A stretch of 64,000 nucleotides of DNA from Dehalococcoidia bacterium (GTDB taxonomy: Bacteria; Chloroflexota; Dehalococcoidia; SZUA-161), in contig JACWAE010000025.1 of assembly GCA_014874385.1 (NCBI GenBank), forward strand, positions 3,910 through 67,909, read 5' to 3'. Positions within the stretch are counted from its first letter, which is position 1; every line of letters begins with the position of its first letter. The notes beneath the pieces were generated by a model, which made no database searches, had not been told where the DNA came from, and saw only the letters and a program-made list of their open reading frames with translations. Below, piece after piece: positions 8,550 to 16,760 of this stretch. The position numbers and the translations under genes were made by a program.

Positions 8550-10730
8550 ATGATTCAGATAGCATATGCCATAATCTGGTGGCTTATCCTGCTGGTTATC
8601 GGCCTGATAACGTTTCCCCTGGTCTCCAGGGTATGCGGCGGGCTGCTGGATAAAGGCTACTCCGTTTCTAAGATCCTGGGTATCCTGCTCTTCACCTACT
8701 TCTCCTGGCTGCTTGCCAGCCTGCACCTGCTCAAGTTCGGGTCCCTCAACATCTCCGTCGCGCTGCTGCTTTTGCTGGCGCTCTCCTTCTACGTGGGCAG
8801 AAATAATTTGAGCCTGAAGAATCTGCCGCTGAGAAAGATGTTGATCAGTGAAGCAGTTTTCTCGGCGGCTTATGTCCTGTTTCTAATCTTCTTATTCTAC
8901 ACGCCGGATATCGGCTTTGCTCATTCAGAGGATTTTATGGACTTCGCATTCATCCAGTCCATCACACGAAGCGGCTATTTCCCACCTCCCGACCCCTGGC
9001 TTGCTGGCCAGAGCATCCCCTATTACTACGGCGGGCACATGGTCGCTGCTGTTCTGATGATGATTTCCAGGGTGCCTCATGGCATTGCCTATAACCTGGC
9101 GGTAGCCATGTTCTTCGCTCTTACCTTGTCCGCTTCATTTGGTATCGGGTACAACGTTACCAAGAAAAAGCTATACGGCTTTGTCACCGTTATCTTCGTT
9201 GGCGTGATAGGGTTTCTTTCAGGGGCATTCCAGGCTGCTGCATTCTTCCTTCATCGAGATGTCATGGGCTATTATCCCGTAAGTGCACCCAACTTCTTCG
9301 GATGGTTGCATTCCTTCGATTTCATATCTGCCAACTGGTTGATAAAATTCGCGGCAATGCGCAATCCCTTTTATGCCTTCCTGGTAGGAGACCTGCATTC
9401 GGATGTGACCGATATTCCCTTCCAGCTTTTGTTTATCACTCTCATCCTTGCCGTGTTCCTGGCTAAGAAGAACGAACTCGATGGCAGGACTGCAAAATCC
9501 GATTCGTTGCTGACCGTTATTATCCTGGGCCTCAGCCTGGGGTTCCTTGCCTTTGTCGATACCTGGAGCTACCCCACCTATGCGCTCCTCGCCATACTTG
9601 CTTTCATACTGCTCAAGACGAACCTCGGCTGGAAAAAATTACTTGGTGTCATCGCCCTGAGCATCATTTTCTATCTGCCCTATCATCTCACCAGGGGCGC
9701 CGGTGGCTTCAAAGAGATAGGTATAGTCACTCATAGGACGGAATTGCTGGAATTTATCGATGTTTTTGCCCTGTTCTTGTTTGCTATGTTCTCATTCCTC
9801 TACGTTGCATTCAAAGGCAGGTTGTTCAAGGGAGAGACTCTTATTGTCGTGATGGTTTCGACGATTGTTATTGCCTCAATCTCTTTCTTGTTACATTTCC
9901 AGCTTCTATTAATCCTCATACCTCTGATTCTGGTGCCTCTGTATTGCATATATAAAGCGCGTGAAAAGAGAGAGACAGAGTTTATGCTGACATTAACGCT
10001 CACTGGAGCGTTGATCGTGCTCTTCTGTGAGGTATTCTACATCGCTACTCCTCTTGGCGGAGACTTCGCGAGATTTAACACTATGACACACCTCTATGTG
10101 CAGATATGGATTCTCTTCGCTTTGGCGGCGGCGTACGCTGTCTACTGGGTGCTGAACAATACCAGGAGTGGACTGAAGATCGTGTGGATAGTCTTACTCT
10201 CTCTACTTGTGCTGGCATCCTTGATTCAGCCGATTGGCCTTGTCACTGAGTGGACAAGCGAGGCACATGACTATTTCGGAATTAACAGGGGCACACTGGA
10301 TGGGCTGGCTTACGTGAAGATAATAGCGCCGGGCGATTACGAGGCAATTAACTGGATAAACGAACACATACAGGGTTCTCACGTCATATTGGAGGCGCCC
10401 GGCCCATCTTATGAGTTTACGTCGCAAATCGCGACGATGACGGGATTGCCTACGGTCATCGGCTGGACGAATACCCATGAAGTGATGTGGAGGGGAAATT
10501 GGGATAAAGTAGCAGGGCGAGATACGGACGTAGATAATATTTACAAATCTCCGGATAGCGTTGAGGCTCTTGTTTTGCTGAGGAAGTATAATGTCGAATA
10601 CGTGTATGTGGGGAAGATGGAAAAGGAGACATACCCGGCGGAGAGCTTGCAGCAGTTTGCCAGCCATCCCGAGAAATATAAGCTGATTTATGAGAACCAG
10701 GGCGCCGTTATATATCAAGTGATGCCGTAG
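8550..10730 (+). CDS. DUF2298 / Chlor_Arch_YYY-domain membrane protein
   Basis: 726 aa and highly polytopic. Contains the hallmark 'SIPYYYGGH' motif of the Chloroflexi/Archaea YYY domain family and a C-terminal soluble domain. Confidence 0.7.
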   Translation: MIQIAYAIIWWLILLVIGLITFPLVSRVCGGLLDKGYSVSKILGILLFTYFSWLLASLHLLKFGSLNISVALLLLLALSFYVGRNNLSLKNLPLRKMLISEAVFSAAYVLFLIFLFYTPDIGFAHSEDFMDFAFIQSITRSGYFPPPDPWLAGQSIPYYYGGHMVAAVLMMISRVPHGIAYNLAVAMFFALTLSASFGIGYNVTKKKLYGFVTVIFVGVIGFLSGAFQAAAFFLHRDVMGYYPVSAPNFFGWLHSFDFISANWLIKFAAMRNPFYAFLVGDLHSDVTDIPFQLLFITLILAVFLAKKNELDGRTAKSDSLLTVIILGLSLGFLAFVDTWSYPTYALLAILAFILLKTNLGWKKLLGVIALSIIFYLPYHLTRGAGGFKEIGIVTHRTELLEFIDVFALFLFAMFSFLYVAFKGRLFKGETLIVVMVSTIVIASISFLLHFQLLLILIPLILVPLYCIYKAREKRETEFMLTLTLTGALIVLFCEVFYIATPLGGDFARFNTMTHLYVQIWILFALAAAYAVYWVLNNTRSGLKIVWIVLLSLLVLASLIQPIGLVTEWTSEAHDYFGINRGTLDGLAYVKIIAPGDYEAINWINEHIQGSHVILEAPGPSYEFTSQIATMTGLPTVIGWTNTHEVMWRGNWDKVAGRDTDVDNIYKSPDSVEALVLLRKYNVEYVYVGKMEKETYPAESLQQFASHPEKYKLIYENQGAVIYQVMP

Positions 10731-10831
10731 TAGTTGCTTCGTTTATGGTATTTGTGAGACAATGTAAAAATACTGTCATTCGGCGATGACAGGAAGACAA
10801 TAGCAGCTCATGATGGTTCCGGAAAACTGGG

Positions 10832-13804
10832 ATGCAAATAAAGCCCTTAGAAAAACTGCAAAACTTCGTCTCCAAGCCCGGGGGACAGATTTTTCTGGTT
10901 GTCCTAACTCTTGCGGTATCACTTCTTATCCGGATACTCCTGTTTCGCTATCATGGCTACTATATAGACGAAAACACTTTTAAGGCTTGGTATAACACCG
11001 CCGCCGATAAGGGGCTATACGGCTTTTACGATTCTATCTGGTCTGATTACCCTCCGTTCAACATCTATATCTTCTGGCTGTTCGGAAAGCTGGCTCATGC
11101 CATAGGGCCGGGCAGCTTGGACCTTCTCATTAAACTGCCCCAAAACCTGTTCGACCTTGCCACGGCCTATCTTATCTTCCGCTTCGTGCGCCAGAGGTAC
11201 TCTTTCCTCTTCGCCCTGGGCGCTATGACTGTGTATGCCCTTAATCCTGCAACCATCTTCGGCCTCGCCGTGTGGGGTCAGTTCGATTCGGTCTATACCT
11301 TCTTCATGGTTGCCTCCCTCTATTCAGCCATGCGCTCGAAATACGAGCTTTCAGGAGGTCTTTTTAGCCTTGCCATACTCACCAAGCCTCAAAGCGTCGT
11401 CCTTCTCCCGGTTCTGGCCTATGTTATGCTGAGAAATGGGGGCTGGAAGCGAGCTATATCCAGCGCCGTTGTCTTCTTCGTCTTGATTTTCCTGGTTATC
11501 TTGCCGTTTCACTGGAGCAACCCCATAACGTTTCTGATTGACCGCTACAATGGCTACAATCTATATTCCTATAACAGCCTCAATGCCTATAACTTCTGGT
11601 CGCTGCTTGGATTCTGGAAGCCGGATACTGTGCCGCATCTGGGCCTGAGCTACCAGTCCTGGGGTATTATCGCATTTGTCGTCTTCGCGGCCTTTGTCAT
11701 GTGGCAGTTCCATCGCAAGCCCGGCGGAAGGGCGCCAATTTTTGCCACCTTTCTTCTGGCGTTCGGTTTTTTTATGCTGATGACCCGTATGCACGAGCGG
11801 TATCTCTTTCCTGTCTTCGCGCTTCTGGCCATGAGCTTTTCCCCGCGTCACCCTCCCTGGCTCTATGTGGGGCTCATGGGTACGTTTTTTGCCAACCTGG
11901 TGTATGTGATGTCGACGCTCAATGCCAATTCTTTCATCCCGGATGGGCACTGGTCCATTTACGTCCTGGCTCCCATCAATGCTATTCTATTCTTCTACGC
12001 CATCTGGAGTTTTTGGAAGATGCAACGCACTCGAGAGACGGAAGGAGGACCGCCGGAAATTTCTACCGGGCCGCCGGAAGCCGAGATGCCTGAAGCAGTG
12101 TCGAAAGCGGTTTCTCCTCCCTCGCCGAAGCTCGAAGCAGCCGAGGAGGAGCCGCCATCTCCTATCCCCAAAGTACCCATTCCCTGGACGCATGCCCTTA
12201 TTCTGGTACTCCTCATCGTCATCTTTCTCGGCATGTCCCTCTGGAATCTGGGAGACCGCAGCTTTCCCAAGTCTGACTGGGTTCCTCAGGAGAACCCCGA
12301 AGAAGTCTATCTAGACCTCGGCACAAAGACCTTTGTGGAAAAGGTATATCTGCTGGTTCAGGATGCCAATCCCGTTAATGTTGATCTCTACTGGGGCTCG
12401 CCGGGGAACTGGACTTACCAGAGTGACCTGACCGAATCGGGCGTTTGGGCTAAGTGGGATTCACTGGACCTAAATCAAGAGACCAGGTATGTTCGCCTGC
12501 TTTTTAAAGATACGACTGGAAAAATCGGGGAGGTTGCTCTATTCACAGACGGCCACAAATTGAGCATAAAGGGGATAGTAGGAGACCAGGATAACACAGT
12601 CTCAGCTCTTATCGATGAGCAGCAACTGGTGGGCAACCCCGCCAGCCACACATCGGGCACCTATTGGGATGAAATATATTACGTCAGGACTGCCGAACAG
12701 ACCCTCAAGCTCGAAAGCCCTTCCCAGTGGGACCATCCTCCGACAAGCAAGCTTATCATGGCTGCCAGCATCGCCGTTTTCGGCCACGACCCCTTCGGCT
12801 GGCGCATAAGCGGGGTCATCTTTGCAGTGCTCGGGATATTGCTTATCTACTTCTTCGCCAAGCGCGTATTTAAGTCTTCCCGGGCTGGACTTATCGCTGC
12901 CTTCCTGCTCACTTTCGGGTTCATGCATTTCGTCGAGGCGCGTATTGCCGTGCCCGAGACCTATGTCTTTTTCTTTATTATCGCTATGTTCTATTTCTTC
13001 TACCGTTACTGGGAAGACCCTGCGCGGAGCGGAAAGTACCTTTTCATAAGCCTGTTGTTCTTCGGGCTGGGGTTCTCCACAAAATGGACTGCCATGTACG
13101 GCTTTGCAGGCATCGTGCTGCTGCTGGTTGTGCTCAAATGGCGCAAGCCTGTAATCCGCTGGAGCGAAGTCCTCTGGTTCGTGGGCGGCGTGGCAGCCTC
13201 GGTGGCTATCTATATGCTATCTTACACAACGTACTTCCTGGCGGGCCACGGTGCGCATGACTGGTGGCACCTGCAGTTCGCTATGTACGACTTCCATGCC
13301 CATTTGACAGCAACTCATCCGGCCAGCTCCCCGTGGTATACCTGGCCTTTGATGCTGCGCCCGGTCTGGATGTATTTGGGCAGCTTTGACGGCAGTACAG
13401 GGTATATCTCCACTCTGGGTAATCCTGCGCTGTGGTGGCTAGGCATACCCGCAATACTCGGCACATTCTGGCTTGCGGTAAGGTACAGGAACAAGGTAGC
13501 TATTTTCATCTCTATCCCATTCCTGATTCAGTGGCTTGCCTTTGTCCCTATTCATCGCGTGATCTTCATCTATCACTTTTTCCCCAACGTGCTGTTCGTA
13601 ATCCTTGCGGTTACTCTCTGGTCTCAGTGGCTGTGGAAGAAGTATACGTGGGGCAAATGGGCGGTCGCGGCCTACCTTGTTATCATTGTTGCCTGCTTTG
13701 CCCTGTTCTTCCCTGTGTTATCCGGCCATCCTATGAGCCAGGGGTATTGGGACTCGATGAGGTGGATGGTGAACTGGGTCACCGCTGGTATCGGTCCTCA
13801 CTGA
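10832..13804 (+). CDS. Two-module GT-C membrane glycosyltransferase with a central discoidin (F5/8 type C)-like domain
   Basis: 990 aa. N-terminal polytopic module, then a Pro/Glu-rich linker (TEGGPPEISTGPPEAEMPE...PPSPIPKVPIP). A beta-sandwich-like segment follows ('VYLDLGTKTFVEKVYLL...RYVRLLF...IGEVALF'). The C-terminal module is PMT_2-like ('DEIYYVRTAEQ...WDHPPTSKLIMA'). Confidence 0.6.
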   Translation: MQIKPLEKLQNFVSKPGGQIFLVVLTLAVSLLIRILLFRYHGYYIDENTFKAWYNTAADKGLYGFYDSIWSDYPPFNIYIFWLFGKLAHAIGPGSLDLLIKLPQNLFDLATAYLIFRFVRQRYSFLFALGAMTVYALNPATIFGLAVWGQFDSVYTFFMVASLYSAMRSKYELSGGLFSLAILTKPQSVVLLPVLAYVMLRNGGWKRAISSAVVFFVLIFLVILPFHWSNPITFLIDRYNGYNLYSYNSLNAYNFWSLLGFWKPDTVPHLGLSYQSWGIIAFVVFAAFVMWQFHRKPGGRAPIFATFLLAFGFFMLMTRMHERYLFPVFALLAMSFSPRHPPWLYVGLMGTFFANLVYVMSTLNANSFIPDGHWSIYVLAPINAILFFYAIWSFWKMQRTRETEGGPPEISTGPPEAEMPEAVSKAVSPPSPKLEAAEEEPPSPIPKVPIPWTHALILVLLIVIFLGMSLWNLGDRSFPKSDWVPQENPEEVYLDLGTKTFVEKVYLLVQDANPVNVDLYWGSPGNWTYQSDLTESGVWAKWDSLDLNQETRYVRLLFKDTTGKIGEVALFTDGHKLSIKGIVGDQDNTVSALIDEQQLVGNPASHTSGTYWDEIYYVRTAEQTLKLESPSQWDHPPTSKLIMAASIAVFGHDPFGWRISGVIFAVLGILLIYFFAKRVFKSSRAGLIAAFLLTFGFMHFVEARIAVPETYVFFFIIAMFYFFYRYWEDPARSGKYLFISLLFFGLGFSTKWTAMYGFAGIVLLLVVLKWRKPVIRWSEVLWFVGGVAASVAIYMLSYTTYFLAGHGAHDWWHLQFAMYDFHAHLTATHPASSPWYTWPLMLRPVWMYLGSFDGSTGYISTLGNPALWWLGIPAILGTFWLAVRYRNKVAIFISIPFLIQWLAFVPIHRVIFIYHFFPNVLFVILAVTLWSQWLWKKYTWGKWAVAAYLVIIVACFALFFPVLSGHPMSQGYWDSMRWMVNWVTAGIGPH

Positions 13805-14098
13805 GGACAGCACGGCCCGAGATTAAGGATTACGCATTTTTAAATTTTCGGGGCCCCCGGACGCGGAATTTCGCACGCTGCGTTCAGCTTCGTCTAAACG
13901 CCTGGGGACTGCCCGAGTAAAAAAACTCCTATGTTGAGGAACGATTTCCCCAAAACGAATTCCCGCGAACGAAACCCCTCTTATTCAGTTGTCAGTAAAG
14001 TCAAAACTTTACCGAGCCAGCCGGCAATCAGCCTCAAGCGTGGCTCTAAATGGTCGGTGGTTCCGGGCATAGAACCCCGATGAGTTTGGTGCAATAAT

Positions 14099-14112
14099 AG
14101 AACATAAGTTCT
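14099..14112. promoter_or_regulatory. Cheo-box-like palindrome AGAACATAAGTTCT (GAAC-N4-GTTC; candidate LexA site)
   Basis: Perfect GAAC-N4-GTTC core in the intergenic region, about 320 bp upstream of the HNH gene. No lexA gene is in the window. Confidence 0.2.
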
Positions 14113-14429
14113 TATATTGTCAAGAGGAAAATGTCGCGGGGAGGCGATTCACCGCAGAGAACGCAGAGAGAGGACGGGATTGGGATATTCGACCGGAGCA
14201 GTTAGTGGACGGGTTCGAGGGGCGCCTAATCCCCCTTGCCCCCTTTAAAAAAGGGGGAATGATATTAGGAATGGCACAGTTAGTCGCAGGGAATGCGGAA
14301 GGGTTTGCAGAACACCCTGATTAAAAGATACAAGAGGCTTGTCCTTGAGGGTGGAGAGGGATGAATCTTGGTACTGTTTGGTGGGCTGATTAACTTCAAT
14401 TTGTACCGCTGGGGAACTGCTGATGTATA

Positions 14430-15308
14430 ATGGTGGTTGATAGTCTGTTAGCACTGGTGTTAGCAAGCAAAATGGACAATAGTGAATCGGACATGGCTCT
14501 AGATGCGGGTGCAGAAGCAGCAGAAGTGCCATCTGCGTGCATCATGTGTGGAATGGGTTCCTTGTTCACCGGGAGAGAGCATATTGTCCCCGAGTCGCTC
14601 GGGAATGATATCTTGGTGCTCGGGCGAGGCTGGGTATGCGACAAGTGCAATAACGTCATGAGCGGATTCGAGAATAGAGTGCTAGAGAAGTCTATTCTGG
14701 GCGTCGAAAGGTGTCGGCTGGGCGTCACGACGAAGAGGAACAAGCCTGCTCGCTCTGAAACGGCCGGTATTGCTTGGTTCGCGGAGCCCGAGTGTCCAGA
14801 GAATGTTGTTTCGGCTGAGGCTAACTGGTCAGAAGTACCTGTGGTCTGGAACGGCAACGGCGGTGGGAAGGCTCTCCTGTTGTTGCACGACGACACCTGT
14901 TTCGACATCGCCAGACTGCTACTGAAAATTGGGGTGGAGATAATCGTGTCAGCTGGCCGTGTGAGGTCCCTTGGTATCAAATGTGAGCTGGAAATGGCGA
15001 AGCGTCACATTCTAGGTGCGGATATGGAGGCTTGGCCGTATTTCGTTTTGCTATCAGGTGGGACACGGGACAGACTAGTGAGCGTGTTCCACGAATTGCC
15101 AGGCGTGCATTCGTATGTTCGGTCGTGCGGTTTTGACATGTTCCTTCATTTGATAGACGAAGAAGTCGTGCTGTTCTTTGAATACGGGCAATTTAGAGCT
15201 GGTATTGCACTGACAAGTAGGAGCGTCAAATGGAGGCAAGCACTAGTCGAGTGGGGCTTCCGTCACGTGGGATGTCCACAGCAGTTTGCAAATCTGAGTC
15301 GGCCGTGA
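14430..15308 (+). CDS. HNH endonuclease family protein with uncharacterised C-terminal domain
   Basis: 'CIMCG...REHIVPESLGN...VCDKCNN' is a CxxC...H...CxxC HNH zinc-finger layout. AT-rich codon usage. The true start is possibly an internal ATG (MDNSESD). Confidence 0.55.
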   Translation: MVVDSLLALVLASKMDNSESDMALDAGAEAAEVPSACIMCGMGSLFTGREHIVPESLGNDILVLGRGWVCDKCNNVMSGFENRVLEKSILGVERCRLGVTTKRNKPARSETAGIAWFAEPECPENVVSAEANWSEVPVVWNGNGGGKALLLLHDDTCFDIARLLLKIGVEIIVSAGRVRSLGIKCELEMAKRHILGADMEAWPYFVLLSGGTRDRLVSVFHELPGVHSYVRSCGFDMFLHLIDEEVVLFFEYGQFRAGIALTSRSVKWRQALVEWGFRHVGCPQQFANLSRP

Positions 15309-15516
15309 TGTTTGTGGGTGGGTGATGAAAAGTTCGTTAGTAAAAATGTTAGCAAATTGTGGTAGTGGGTAATCTTCAATCAGCTATCTATTGTGGATGG
15401 ATTGGGAACGGCATGAATCACTACAGGGCGGTGGTATACAGGAATGCATTTAGGATTACCAGGAAGAATTTTATTTATTAGAATTGCAGGTTAGTAACAT
15501 ATAGAACATGTTAGGA

Positions 15517-16044
15517 TTATCTTTCCCGCCGTAGTATTCTGCGTGCAATTGCGCTAGGACTCCATGTCTTGTCAACCCAGGCTTTCTTTGTGGCTTGGCT
15601 AATGAAACCAGCAGACAGATTGAGAATTTTTTGGGGGCCAAACCATGAGGTAATATTGGTAGAAGCCAGGGGTGATATGCCTACTTTGCTAGTCAAGGCC
15701 CATCCGGATAGGGCAGAAGGGACTAGGGTAATGAGATTGGGTGCCTGCTCAATAAGCTGCAGACGCAGCATATCAGGCCATATTGGTCTTTTCAGCTTGT
15801 GGTAGTCCTTGCGGAAGGCTACGAAATACCCAATAAACCATATCGCCACGTAGCCGAAGTTACTTGCTATGGTATAAAACAGAGCGGTATCCCAGATGGA
15901 AAGATGGAATTTGTACGTTGTAAAGTAAGCTACTGCAGTCCTAAATATGAAAGCACTGCAACCTCCAAGGAATTGCACTACGATAAGCTTGCCGCTCAAG
16001 TATCTTTTTGCTATTTCGACTGCTTTTAATCGTATCTTCTTCAC
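15517..16044 (-). CDS. Hypothetical membrane protein
   Basis: 175-aa ORF with about 3 hydrophobic helices in the same AT-rich islet, convergent with the HNH gene. I recognise no family. Confidence 0.4.
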   Translation of the reverse strand: MKKIRLKAVEIAKRYLSGKLIVVQFLGGCSAFIFRTAVAYFTTYKFHLSIWDTALFYTIASNFGYVAIWFIGYFVAFRKDYHKLKRPIWPDMLRLQLIEQAPNLITLVPSALSGWALTSKVGISPLASTNITSWFGPQKILNLSAGFISQATKKAWVDKTWSPSAIARRILRRER

Positions 16045-16530
16045 GTTTTTTCAACAGTTCATGATAGCTTAAGGGGGAATGAATCCCGCAGAATTTCTAT
16101 ATTAGACAATCCTCAGATAAGTCAACTTCATTTCTCTGATGTTCACAATATACCATACTTCTTAGCGTCCAAGCTAACTGACATAGACCTGAGGACAACA
16201 TGAAGCATTACGGAGCGGTGGTGGGATAGGGTATGCACAGAACCTTGAAAAGCTCAGCGTTTCTGGATATACTTGGATTAAGGCTGCTATCTGGCTCTTT
16301 GGTTTGAAGCTGGCTGAGATGCTGGCACTCTCCGTGGCGGAATAGGAGGTGCCCATCGTTGCTCTGTATAATGTGCATCGGGAGTTCGGCTGCATAACTG
16401 TTATTGTGTCGGCTGGGCTCCTTCCTTTCTATGCACGGGTTTCGCCTGGTCTAGTATCACTGCTTGACAAATTGTCTGTCCAACAAGCTATAAATTCGTT
16501 TTTAAGTCGATTGCAGATGGGTTTAACTAA

Positions 16531-16622
16531 CCCGTTCGCCCTGAGTCCTTCATCAAGCTCAGGACAGGCTTGTCGAAGGGTGAACGGCCCGTTCATGGTT
16601 CGACAGGCTCACCACGAACGGG
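16531..16622. repeat. REP-like double-hairpin element (CCGTTCGCCCTGAG...GGGTGAACGG / CCCGTTCATGGTTCGACAGGCTCACCACGAACGGG)
   Basis: Two stem-loops. A second copy of the same family lies at 32519-32590. The spurious ORF 16349-16654 is a translation of this repeat. Confidence 0.65.
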
Positions 16623-16760
16623 AAAATCTCCCTCGATTGGAGATACTATTTTAATTTTTCGTGGCGAACATCGTGATGCTCATGATGGCTTGCTTAGCGA
16701 ATCACTCTGACAACAAGAGATAGAAATAGACCTCTAACGTTTATTTCCAATTTATCTCTA

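Noticed and set aside
13805-14100. tRNA or other structured RNA, suggested by the GGTTCCGGGCATAGAACC T-arm-like hairpin
   Set aside because: I could not build a cloverleaf with an acceptor stem and anticodon arm around it. The region otherwise looks like degenerate repeat debris.
16349-16654. 101-aa ORF upstream of fdhA
   Set aside because: It is the translation of a REP-like double hairpin that recurs at 32519-32590. It has no start context.
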